A program made the translations under genes and the position numbers. A stretch of 64,000 nucleotides of DNA from Curvularia clavata (lineage: Eukaryota), in contig CP089274.1 in assembly GCA_023920165.1 (NCBI GenBank), positions 4,650,001 to 4,714,000 of the forward strand, in the 5' to 3' direction. The notes under the pieces are model-generated. The model was not told the DNA's origin, searched no databases, and was given only the letters and a program-made list of their open reading frames with translations. Below are positions 22,447-34,632 of the stretch, in pieces; the first letter of the stretch is position 1; every line of letters begins with the position of its first letter.

Positions 22447-25400
22447 TATAAAAATCCCCTCATCCGCTCCTCTGCCTTTACTCTTCTCTCCCACACTCAA
22501 CTCTTCTTTCCCAAACTCAACCCCTCCCTCCCATACACAGCTCTATTTGCCATGGCAAATACAACCACTCCTCATATGGGAACAATGAATTCCACACAGA
22601 GGATGGGTCGCGGCAGGGATAGTTGCTCCGCATTGTCAACTATTGTCGCGACTTGGAGTTGGCGTCGGTGCGCGACCTCTTGTTCTTGTCATCAGAGCTC
22701 GCTTGAACAACGCCAACACTTCCAAGTTTCATTGCAACAATGCTGTTGAAACCGATTATACAGGTACTTAAGATGCGAAGTCCCATCCATGGCTCATGAC
22801 TAATGCTAAAAGAGTAAATAGAGTTATTTGCGCAGAAGCTCATCTCCTGCGCCTTCTCTCGGACAACAAAGCCCTCACCAAATTCGACTACAAGAAGCCT
22901 ACAACTTCGAATAGAACGAATGTAACACAGTATAACTCGACGTTCGCCCAAATTCATACGTCAAATCAGTTATTCGCGCGACTCATTGCGTCAAGAACAT
23001 GTACCTTTCTACTGGCCCTGCCGGACGTGCTAGAAGCAGTAGTTCGGATGCAGAAATGGACGCGCCAGTATTAGGGCCAATGCCTGGACCAAAACCTGAT
23101 CGTTGTCAGCGGCACGGCTGTACGCGGAGTTTCAGATACGCCTCCAAAAGAAGCATGCACTTGTGCAAAGCATACTACGCTCGCAACCAGAAAAACAGAT
23201 CTGATACAGAGATGGACGCACCAATAGTTAAGCGGCCATCAATCCGCGCCGCCGTCGAGCTCGCCCACCGAAACACCACTCAAGCAAAAGATGGCGGATA
23301 CAACCTCATGCTCGTGAGGCCAAAAAGCGCATGGACAAGATCTTCAAGCGACCAATCTCAAAGATAGCCGTCCACTGAGATCCAGTTTACACAAATGAGT
23401 ACCGTGTGGTAAATTTTCGACATACATGTGTGATATAGTCATGGCCAAGGAAAGATCCATGTGCTCCAGCGGGATAAGATCTCCCGTAAAAGAAACGACT
23501 TAGGCCTCCTGTAGAAGGCCAAGGTAATACAACATGGCTCCATGGTGTGTCTCCATAGAGAAGAAAAGAAGAGTGACACAGCATGGCGCTATCATCGTAG
23601 ACTTTGGTGGAGAGATGGTCAAAAAACGTTGTACGGACAGCAGAGGTGTCCTACGACAACGAAGAAGAACGATCATGGACTGGAGGTCATGTTGCCGACC
23701 TCTCTCACCCGCCAGAAGCCAGCTCCCGGGGGGCACCGCTGAAGCGTCCAGCGCAACCAAGACCGACACGGCCCGCTAGGAAGCCAGTACTAAGGTGGCA
23801 ACCTCGAGCTGCTACCAACTCTCACAGGTCTGGACGGAACTCTGGTGAGTCGCCCCCAAAGGCACCAACGGCCAATACGGTGCCTTGGTCTAAAACTTTT
23901 GTCCAAGCACCAGACTCACTTGACAAAGAACGACGAGTGGCAAGTGGAAAAGATTCACTGCTTGCCTTGCACAAAATCGAGTACTAGGAAGTCTACACGG
24001 TTCTATTTGGTACTGGGGTCAGCCCTCTCAAAACGATGACAACCATCCCTGTCCCTCAATTATTAAAGAGCTGAAGCTCGCATCAAGCGCAGCATCGACT
24101 ACGATTGGCGAAATACGCCCCTATAAAAACCTGGTCACCTAATATATATCGACCTTATGTTGAGTGATACATGTCTCGATCTTATACATATCAACACGCG
24201 TAAGCCATGCAGCAGCCCGCTACACAAATACTTGACAACACATCATTACCGAATATGAGCAACGCATAAAAGACCAAGATCGATGAGAACAAGGATAGCG
24301 TGACGCTTCTCAACCTACACTACAGCAAAATTACATGGCAGAAATACATCGCTATCAATTGCCTAGTTGAAAAGAGTAAGAGGCTTTCACGTCAACCGAT
24401 CGGGCAATTCATTACGCGCATCGATTTGCGGCCGTTCTAGAACGAATTTCAGTGTTCCCTAGGAGTATGAATCTAGCTGACGACATCAAATGGGCATGGA
24501 CCTTTCTTTTCTGGAACAACTTTGCAATGGCTCGAGGCCGACATATATGATCTCCCCCAGAGCCGAGATTATCGCTCTTTCTCTACCCGCTGCCTTGGAG
24601 GGGGATATTAACATACAATGCGGAACCGATTCAGATGCATAAAAAAGACTTGCAGGAGATCCAACCAGCACTTCAATCCGTACTCAATTCAGGAGGGTAA
24701 ACGGCAATACCAGGTCCAGATCACTAAAACCCTGGTTTAAGAGCGCGAGGCCAAAATGCTAGGCTATAGCGACAATGCGTCATGCAGTAAGTTGGATGAA
24801 ATCCATCAAAGGCAAGGATAGCCCTCAAGTGTCGGACTTGTACCCTGCCCATACAACCACTTCCGACCCTCTGGTATACCGTTACGCACTACGGACTGCT
24901 AGTCACGATGCCACTACCCAAGGTAGACATGGTTATCAAGCTCAAGGTACTGTTCAGAGCAATAAATGCAGCACTTACTATTGCATCTGGAGCAACAATG
25001 CTTGGCAATATCGACTCTGACCTTATTCACCTGTGCCCCTGGCCCACCGAGGGCCTCGAATGGGATCAATTTTCGTTCTCACTCGCCTCCATCAGAAAGC
25101 GTCCGTGCTAGCGCTCACCAGAGCATAAAAGAAGCAGACATAGCTTCTGCTATGTATAAAGAGGTGTGCACAAAGTCCAGTACACGCATGATCCTTTTAA
25201 GACTTGCATTCTATGCGAGACATCCCGAAAGAAGATGAGCGAAAACCATAGTTACACTATGAACTTCGGATCCTGAACAAAGTTTGTCATACCACAGATG
25301 AGCCCTGACGTAGAGAGGCCCGGAACAATCCTCTGCTGGACGGGAGAACCAGATTGAACCTCTCGCCGAAGGCTCGCAGCCATAAGCCGAATAATGATAG

Positions 25401-26900
25401 TTTCTGCTGGACTGAAACACCCGGACAGTTCACCAGTAATATCAACGTGCATTTCAAGCGGAATGGAACCTCTCGCCTGCATATCGAACCTCTCAGCCGC
25501 CAGCCAAATACGACACAGTTTTACTGGATCAACAAACCCAGACAAGTAACCGACAATATCGATGTACCTTTCAAAGCCAATGGAGCTTAAGCCATATAGC
25601 AGTCAAGTGCATATGCAGGAGATTCTTGCGATGCCAGATGCCCCAATCTTATGGGAAGGCCCAAAGGGCCAGTGGGGATGTTTTAGTCAGATGTCGAAGT
25701 CGGCATTTAAGGAAGATGGGATCTTGTATCCCACAGCAGAACACTTCTTCCAAGCCGAAAAGGCGAGGAAATTTGGTGACAAAGCACGTCTCATCAAGAT
25801 TCTGAACGCGAAAACCCCTTACGACGCGAAGGCCATTGGCCGAAGAATCAAGGTCAACCGCAAGGCCTGGAATGAGATATCTTTCGACATTGCGATCAGA
25901 GCAAATTGGCTCAAGTTTACAAGATCAGAAAATGCCGCCGAGCTGCAACAAAGATTATTGTCGACAGGAAACCGATTTCTCGATGAAGCAATCACCCGAG
26001 ATTCGGAGTGGGGTTTGGGAAGAACCCCTGCCATGGCCCTGTACCATGGGCTAGCAGGACGCAACAAGCTCGGAGAGGTTTTGAACGTGGTGAGAGAGCG
26101 GCTCCGGGCGGAGCAAAACATCGATGAAGACGAATTCGGGCTCACGGCAGCCCACTATACTGCCGTCGCCCAGCAGTTGTGTCAAGCCACCCGCGAGTAG
26201 ACAGAATAAAAAATCACAACAACGACTGCTCCAGCCCCAAGACATGCAGCTAGTAGCCTCTATCGCCGATATTATGGGGAACTATAGAATTTTATGACAG
26301 ACTCTCATATATACGACGCTGGGATAACTTCTATTACGATATTTGTTGAACTAAGCAAAGCGACTATATAATTGCTCAGCTCAACAGGTTATGAGCCCAC
26401 TTGTGCGGCCACGGCGCACACTTTCAGTTTAATTCGCGCCAATGCGTATATCGTTGTTGTTCCATCTTCCTTATATGGAGCATTTACACAATCACCAATA
26501 TACTTGATATTAATGCCGAGCTTGGCAAAGAATTCGAGAAGCTTTCCAGATCCACCAACAAGAACAAATGGAAGAAAGATTTCATACCCATTGCCGGTTT
26601 GCCCGACCTTGGCAAAGGAAAGAAAGACTCTCTAAGCCTGAGCCGCCATCCTTACCGTACGAGAAGCCCACTGCAGAAGAGGCATCCGCCAAATCCTCCA
26701 GAAGTCATCAGCGCGCTTTCTCTGTGCGAATTCATGGGGATCAGAAGTGCCTGGTTGTATCCCCAGTTCCAGTTCCAGTCTCAGATGAACCTCCGACTCT
26801 AATGTAGGCAGTCATCTACTGCCAAGATGTCCTCCACTACCATCTCCTCCTGGACTTGCACGAAAGAAGCATCACGCATCAACACCACCATCGTCGTCGT
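22447..26900 (+). pseudogene. Possible decayed large gene or genes (fragmented ORFs) surrounding the NADAR ORF
   Basis: TATAAAAA at 22447, CT-rich tract, ATG at 22552, then only short interrupted ORFs. Also a degenerate C2H2-like finger at 23104-23175 and a duplicated peptide SD(A/T)EMDAP with synonymous differences. No continuous frame could be reconstructed with certainty. Confidence 0.4.
25562..26200 (+). CDS. NADAR / YbiA-family (DUF1768) N-glycosidase or ADP-ribosylhydrolase-like protein
   Basis: Motifs GCFSQ, YPTAEHFFQAEKA, AKAIGR, ANWLKF, LLSTG, EA..RDSEWGLG and GRNKLGEVLNVVRERLR in an intronless 212-codon ORF. Confidence 0.88.
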   Translation: MYLSKPMELKPYSSQVHMQEILAMPDAPILWEGPKGQWGCFSQMSKSAFKEDGILYPTAEHFFQAEKARKFGDKARLIKILNAKTPYDAKAIGRRIKVNRKAWNEISFDIAIRANWLKFTRSENAAELQQRLLSTGNRFLDEAITRDSEWGLGRTPAMALYHGLAGRNKLGEVLNVVRERLRAEQNIDEDEFGLTAAHYTAVAQQLCQATRE

Positions 26901-27766
26901 CAGGAGAAGAGCCTCTTGCCGCGGAGTCTACTCGAGCAAAGACTCCAAGGTTTAGTCTAGTAGTGATCTCTTTTAGGAGAACGCTCCTGTATTCCATTGG
27001 ATGGAATAGATTGATATCGTAGACGAGACGCAAGAAGAACATTCTTGGATAAACAGGCTGTCTATAAGAACCAATTGAGCGAGTATAGAAAATGCGGCTA
27101 CGGGGATTGCTGCGAATGGAGGTTGCAGAGAAGGCTCTGGCGAGAGCGAGATGGGGTACAGAACCCAGGCATGTTAATTCTTAATCACTTGCCAAACTGA
27201 CTGGAAACATTGGAATGAGGATAGAATTCTACGAGTCGAAGTCTTGCATCGATGGCGTTCGGAGGTCTGCAGCTTTGAATTTACTTGGCTCATTGCCTGG
27301 AAACATTAAGTGCTGGAATTAATAGGATAATTGTACATACTCGAAGCCACAGTCTCTCCTCAATCAATGGAATTCAGAGTCAACAATATTACATGTATAT
27401 ATACTTGCATTTCTCTTCCTCATCTCTCTTCTCTACTATTAAAAAGTGTGTATAAGATATGCTAGGATATGTGAACAGTGAATCAGAAGGGGAATTCATG
27501 TAAAACGAGCAGTAGACAAAGGTGTGTGGGTGTAGTGTGTAGCTCTAAAGAACCTGCAAACTAGACAGTAGAAAAGAAAGATGAAAGAGCTTTGCTCATA
27601 CCCCCCAAGTAAAACCCTCTCAATATGACGAGACCAAATACCCAATGTTGAATGTTTCCCCAGCTTTGCAGCTTTGACTCCCTCTCCCGCTTCTCCTTCT
27701 CTTCTTTGCTTTGTTGATAAAAACAAGACTTTTTTTTGTCCTTCTCTTCTTCTTCGCAAGTGTAAC

Positions 27767-29148
27767 CTACTCCTGAGCCCAAATCTTCTCTCTAAGCATC
27801 ATACGCTCGTTCTCCTCTTCCTTGCCGCCGTTGATTGTCTTCTTCCACGCAAAGTACTCGCCTAGTCTGATCTCAGCATAGCCAGCATAGTCAAAGTCGA
27901 TGAGGGAGATCTGTGCTTGAATCAAAGCCCAGACACCCCAGTAGAAGCCAGGGACGCCACGGAAGCGATCGACTTGGTCAAACAACTCATCGAGCTCTGA
28001 TTCCTTGTAGGATCTGTTTTGGTGGGCGCTGAAGCTGCGCAGGTACTCGCGCAAGAAGGCGCGGCGGATGGTGCGTGTGGGCATTGCGGAGTAGTCGCAG
28101 TCAAAACCACCCCATTCAGCAAAGTGGTTGGCAATGTCAAACGAAGCAGGTGCAGGCGTAGCATACTCGTAGTCGATAAAGGACACACAGGCCGCCGTCT
28201 CAGACTCGTCGGAGCCGCTGGAAACGCTGGACCGACGAGAGGCTGAGGCGGACGAGGGCGAAGGCTCGATGATCACGTTGCCTGAAAGGAGGTCGCAATG
28301 GGCGAAGACAAACGGGTTGGAGCCGCCGATGCCAGGCGTGTCACCAAGTATCTGCATCAGACTGTCGAGTTCTTGCATCAGCTGGTCTTTTCTTGCCGAC
28401 TGGGCGGTGGTGCCTGTCGGCAAGGCAAGGATCCATTTCTGCATAGTTGTCCACATATTCGGAATGGGCTTGCCTGGGGTGAGTGTAGCCATGGCAGCCA
28501 GGGACTCACGCTTGTTGTTTTGCGAAGTGAGTTGGGCAGGCGCGGGACATATGCTGCTAATACTCGAAATAGGTAATGTGGCATGCCATTCTCCCAACCT
28601 CTGAGCTACTCCTCGCCATACTTCTGGCCGACGCAGGTCGGCTGGCGTACACACAGTGCCTTGAATGAACTTGTATAAGAGACCATTTTCAAACCGGGCA
28701 TAGAGAGTGGGAGCAAGGTTGTGGCGGGCGAGCAGCGAGTGGGAGCGAGCTTCCTCTATGACATGATCTTAGTGGTGTGCGACGTGGTACCGACATGGAC
28801 TTACTCTCGCGGTCTATGAGGACGTCGGTGTCCTTGCCGTATGCGCGCAGCAGAATGGCATCGTCTTCGACTTGGGTCTTTGAGAGGCCGGGTAGCTTGT
28901 TCACCGCCTTGAGAAGCTACACCATGACTTAGCCGTGCGCACAAAGAAAAGGGGCAGCAGGGGTCGTGTGTGCATACCGTGTTTGTGATGCCGTCGGTGA
29001 ACCTGACAAACTCAATCGTGTCCTTTGAGTCTTTCCATTCTGGGCGCAGAGCGAGTATGAGGTTGAGGGCCGAGTTGTGCGAGTCTGCGTAGTCGTAGTA
29101 CTGCGGGATGTTGCGCAGGGAGTCGTAGGGCGATTGTGATTTGCTCAT
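27767..29148 (-). CDS. EKI1: Ethanolamine/choline kinase; 3 coding exons
   Basis: RFTDGITNT|LLK, LLRAYGKDTDVLIDRE, Brenner motif FAHCDLLSGNVI, choline-kinase motif FIDYEYA..SFDIANHFAEW, and FYWGVWALIQ. Introns near 28917-28977 and ~28756-28804. Confidence 0.92.
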
Positions 29149-30055
29149 GGCGGCGCTGGAATCTGCTGCATTGTTAGTCTTGCCTGCACAGGGCTGCTGG
29201 CTGGGCGACTGCTGTGGCTGCGTTGTTGTTGTTGAAGATTTGATGAATGGCAGCGGGTGGTTGCATGTGAAGAAAGCCAGGGCAAAGCCAGGCGCAAGTT
29301 GGCAGCAGCAGCAGTAGCAGCAAGCAGCAGGAGCAGTGGACAGATGTACGTACAAGGCAATTGGACTGCTGTCGAGGGTAGAAGGCGACTTTGGTGGGCG
29401 ACGGGAAGAAGCAGAAAAAGGAAACAAGAGAGAAGAATCGAGAGCCGCAAGCAGGCGCAATCAATTCCCAGGGCGGTGCCGCTGCTGATTTCTGGGGGGT
29501 CGCGTGGGTCGTTCTTGCTTCCCCTGTCGGCCCTAGCCTAGCCCCGCAAGCGCCTTTCCAGACCCTGGCGGAACAGCCACCCATATGACGTCTATGGTCA
29601 GAAGCCACCCACGACGCCTGCGTATTCTGCCTATGCACCACCAGAGCACCCCAGTCCTCGTCATATCCACGACTGCCGCCATATCCCACCCTTCCAGCTT
29701 CATTGCCATCACAACCTCCGCCTCTGAGGCTGGCCCGCCACTCCAAACGTCTACACCGCCAAAATCCGGCTCGGCGCATGTGATTCACTGGCCTGCTATG
29801 CAATCCATACACGTCGACTGCGGGGCGCGGGTTGCGCGTTGCAGCCCCGATTGGCAGTCAGGGAACCACCTGCTGGATGGAGATGGAAAAGCGGCATTCA
29901 TTGTCCATCTTCCATCTTCCACATACTGTGGCTTGCCTCGTAAAACGCCGCGCTTAGTGCGCACATAAGGGTATATCCTATCCATACATGATCCAAACAC
30001 CACAGCCCCATCTCCCAGGGTCCAGAGTCGCCCCACATTTGCTGTAGCCAAACTG

Positions 30056-33000
30056 TCATTGTACCTTTCGCCCACTCGCCTTGCGCGCTCTCCACTTGTA
30101 TGACCCAAGGCCAATGTCCATCGCGCCACTCTGTAAATTGGTCAGCCCATCAAAACTCTCCCTGCCCAACGTGACCACCTTGACCGTGTTGCCAAATCCC
30201 ACTGCAATACTGCGTTTACCCATCTTGACAATCGGCCCAGGCGCTGCTACAAACAACTCGTCCTCGTATGACTCGCTCGCTGTCTCATCTGGGTCATCGG
30301 GCACCAGTCGCCTTGACCGGAAATCGCCGGCTGTCGACAATGTCCAGACCTCCCATGCTTCACTGTCCTCGCTCTCCTCAAACGAGTCATCCACCCGCTC
30401 TTCTCTGGCCAATGCTCCATTCGTAAATTTCGGAACATCCATATCTCCCTGGCGTTGAGCACGTTGCTTCAGCGCAGAAGCAAGTACCGCTGCATCAACC
30501 CCTTGGTAGCTCTCGTCTGAGCCCGAGTGAGTCGACGATGGTGTAGGTGATTGCGTGCGTCTTCTGATTCCAATTACCCTCTGTGCCTCTGTCGACTCCC
30601 ATACTCCAGCAGGTTCGACGCAGTACACTGCCTCCCTTGCCCGCTCCGGTCCGCGACATTGGTGCTTCTCCCGGTCTAGCGGCTTTCCAAGACATATCTG
30701 TGAAGACGACTTGTCGTCCAGACTGAACGTCTGCATCACCATGTAGTTTGTATTGCGCTCTGCATACGCCACAGATAGTGAATTGACCGCCGGCGCTCCG
30801 CACTGACACACGCGCCGCACAGAGTGCAGCACTCTAAACGAGTGTGGCCGGACATGCCCAATCTGGAATGCGTGCACCAGCGCGCGGCTAGCAAAGTCAA
30901 AAATCTCCGCCTCCTCGTCCCGGAGCGCAAACATGAGCCCAAGACTGGGAACACCGTATATACACCGTATCTTTGCAGGATTGCAACCGGGAGGCGGTCC
31001 TGGATCCAGCCCTGCAACGACTTCCGGCGTGTAGTGGTTCTCTTCCTTGAGCGGCAGTATGTGCACGTCGCCAGGCTTGGTCGCAAAGACAAGGTTCGTC
31101 TCACCCTTCTCTGAAATGTAGATTGAGCTGCACACCAGAGGGCTAGAAGCAATACGACGCGTGTGGTGGATGCCCGTACGTGCTTCCAGCTGGGTCAGAT
31201 AACCGTCTGCCGTGACGATGATGACATAAAGCTTTTCCAAATCTATCCGTGTTTTGAGCGTGACAAAGGTGAAGAGCATGGGCGCTTGACCTCGAATGTC
31301 AACCAGTGGAAATATAAGGAAACGTGATGCTGGTATATCCCAAAGGCCAATTTGACCCGTCTGCCCACAAATTGCTAGCATGCTGCCACCATCGTCTACG
31401 GCAGTAGCATAGATGGGCCAGAGCTTGGGCTTCATGACTGCTGTCTGTAAGGTAGTGTGCAAGTAGCCACCTCGGCCATGCAGCCATATCGCAGTGCTCC
31501 TGTCTAGCGATACACTTGCAATATGACCTTTTGGGCAACCAGCTAGCTGAACAACATCCAAGGCTTGCGGTGTTGGCAGCGTCTTGACTGAGAATTCTGT
31601 TTCTGTATCGTCTTGCTCCTCCGGAGGGGATGGAAGACCTGTCCAGAGAAGGTAGTTCATCAACAAAGCTACCGTAGCAATGAGAGTAACAACAATCAAA
31701 GCCGCCGGGAACGCATGTCCATGTGCAAAGCGGCGGAGCCCTTCCATAAGCGATGACGGTGGTTGAGGTCGATCACGTCCTTGTGCTCCTTTAGAGACAA
31801 TCAGGATAGGGTTGTAGATGCGAGCTACAAAAGTCTGTGCTCCTGGTTTGATAAAGCCGAACAACTCTCGAGCTGTATTGTGGTCCTGAAGTCGGAGCCA
31901 TTCGGCGGGGGTCCTTGCCTGGTTGATGGGTGGCTGACTCCAGGTTGTGTCGATTGAGCGCTTTCTCCTTCTGGATGTGAAGCTTTGTCGAAATGCGTTG
32001 AAAGACAGAAGCTTGTCACTACTGTCGAAGAAGTGCCAATTGACAGCAAGAATAACGGAGAATATGGCCACTGTGCCTGCAAAGCGTGTGCTCAACGGCA
32101 AGGTGCCTTCCTTCAAAGCACCAAGCCAGGTCTTGCGCTCCGCCTTGTTTTTCTTAGAATTTTGACTCAGATTGATGCGATCCAACGAGTCGGAAAGCTC
32201 CATTCTCTGTACATCGACGCTGAGCACAGCGACAAAGAAAGTCAGATGGAAAACCAGGTCAAATACAAGAGTGACGGCGGCAAAAACGCAAAAGTCGGCA
32301 ACCCATGGCGTGACGAGCCGGGAGCAGAGATACAAAAGAGCGAGGTTTTGAAACGCAATGGCGAGAGACAAGTGGCCGACCTCGCCCAACGCATTCCCGA
32401 TGCGCTGGTGAGGAGGCATCTCGGGAGGTGTTTCCAGGACAACATTAATCAAACGAAATCTGTTCATCAGTGAGCAGTGAGTCTTGCACCAAGCAGTGCT
32501 TCGACATACATATTTCCAAGGCCAAAACAAAAAACAACCACGGGAAACCAAGGCCGAGGTATCCGGGCTAAATCAATTCCAAGATATGTACAAAGAGTAA
32601 AACTGGCGATGACACATACGGTCATCTAGTCCTGGGTCAGCAGTGTCATTCAACAATGTAAGAGACGTCTTACCTTTATGCAGATGGTGACGAGTAAGCC
32701 GAACCAACTTTTGACTGCTCGCAACTGCTTCATTCTCGTTATCACGTAGACGGCTGTCACGAGGTAGGAAGCCGCCAGGAACAAGTCATCGCTTAAAGTC
32801 ATGGGCTTGAATCTGAATTCGAACAGGCGACTCTGCGCGACCTGACCGTCGTGTGGGAAGACTGTCCAATTCGGGGAGATTTCTTTGGCCAGGGTGCGTG
32901 CTCTGGTATCCCATGTCGTTCCCAGGCTCGAATGGTTCTGATCGAAAATGGTTATAACCAGTGCATCGGCGGCGCGGAGCTTGGTGTTTGAGAAGGCTTT

Positions 33001-33727
33001 GCCAGCGAAAACGGTGCTGGGTCGCAGGGTGATGTTGAGGGGTGTGCGCATGCGGGTGTGTGTATTGATAGTTCGCAGCAGGTCGTGATCGTTCTCGAGC
33101 GCGCTCAGCGAGCAGTTCCAGTACATCAAGGGCGAGTGCCATGCCCACTTTTCTCCTGGAGCAGCAGAGAGACAGCCGGGCGTGGTAGGCGCAAGTGTGT
33201 TGCGGACGGGGTGCAATTCATCGCCAACGTCTTGGTCAAAGCCGGCATTGATTAGGGCCTCATGGACATGCAGCGCCTCGCGAAGCACAGGCAGGTTGAT
33301 GGCGTTCATGTAGTCGCCATGGACCCAGACCTGGCGCACAGTGACATCGGCGGGCCGCTCTCCGTGTACCTGGGTGGTCGATGTCCAGACATGTTTGGGT
33401 ATGTTGCGCAGGCCGGCGGCGGCGGAGCTATCGGCTTGGAAGACGGCTTGGTAGCATAGCAAAACCGAGATGATGATGGTCAAGAAGATGGAGAGCAGCC
33501 AATGGCGGGCAGTCGCGGTGCCGTGGGCCTGGAAGGCGCGGCGGATGGGGTGCGAGGTGGACAGCCGTGGTGGTTCAGTGGTACTGGGAGACGTGGGTTA
33601 GCACTGGCACGCGTGTGTGGAAGGGCTCGGAGGAAAGAGGGGGTGCACGAGGCAGACGGGCGAAGGCGATGGCGATGGCGATGGCAACGACTCACCCACG
33701 CAGCGGATAGAGGAGATACCAGATCAT
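30056..33727 (-). CDS. SCP1: SREBP cleavage-activating protein (sterol-sensing domain plus WD40-like C-terminus); multi-exon
   Basis: N-terminus MIWYLLYPLRG|TTEPPRL..HPIRRAF, an SSD-like TM block (DFCVFAAVTLVFDLVFHLTFFVAVLSVDVQRMELSD) and a beta-propeller-like C-terminal half. ORFs 32650..33483 and 30056..32551 are joined by short introns. Confidence 0.85.
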
Positions 33728-34632
33728 TCGGGTTCGCGGTGCCTCTCGACGGGCATGCCCCAGCGGGAAGTCGACGACGATTCCTCAGTCAGCTGTGGCT
33801 GAGGATTTGCGACGCACTCGTCCAAGAGTGCGATGGGGAGGGAGCGGCGGGCGGCTCCTTCATCGGTCGGGGCAGGCAAAGGGCGCGAGCTGAAAGCGAC
33901 AGCAATGGCAAGGGCGCGGCTTCGGTCGCACTTGTAGTAGGCACATGGAGGGGCCGTCTCTGGAGAAGCATTATTGAGAGGCCGTGGCGCTGGCGCGGCT
34001 CCGGGGAGGTTCTGTCGTCGCCAAGAGGCGGCCATGTCTCATCGCCTCGATCGCAGCTTGGTGTTACAGTTGCAGGCGCCATCGCCAATGGGCGCCCTTG
34101 CCCTGTTCACCGGCACCCCCAGCGCACCTCTACACAACCACAGCACTCTCACAGGCCTACGTCAAAGCAGCCAGCACGCCCGCGATTCTGCGAGTCGAGC
34201 CAGAAAAAGCAAGGGAGCTGCCCCAGGAGTGGAGCACGATATGCGTGTGGCTTCGTCTATCCGGTCCTGTCATCGCTAGCCTCGACCCTAGTTTGCTGCC
34301 GCATCCTGCTGCCCGCGCCTGCAGGGTCCCTCTCCCACTCGGACTGATGATGCCCACTCTCCACGCCTTCGCCAATCCTGCCTGCCCTGTCCTGTTGTCC
34401 TGCCCTCCAACCGCCGTACAAAACTATATAACCCGCCCATGACATCAGCTTACGCCCGCCCCAAACAACACGCCTTGCTCGCCGCAGGTACCGGATCCTT
34501 CCGCCGTACCTGTTCGGTGGCGGACCAGCAACAGGTGGCCGTGCTGACCCTGTACCACAACCACTCCGTGCAAAAACTAACTGCGTCGTCTTGCGCATCG
34601 CGTACATGATGACTTCGACTCTAGCTTTCGCT

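Noticed and set aside
21000..27500. Intact transposon or element with terminal repeats around the NADAR island
   Set aside because: I found no TIRs, LTRs, target-site duplication, or transposase or reverse-transcriptase motifs by eye. Stop density in individual frames at 24.0-24.6 kb is near random, so no frame is claimed there.
29149..29460. uORF (29174-29266) and in-frame N-terminal extension upstream of the ethanolamine kinase
   Set aside because: The segment has a GTACGT donor (~29352), a CTAAC branch and a CAG acceptor (~29165) on the minus strand, so it is most simply a 5' UTR intron.
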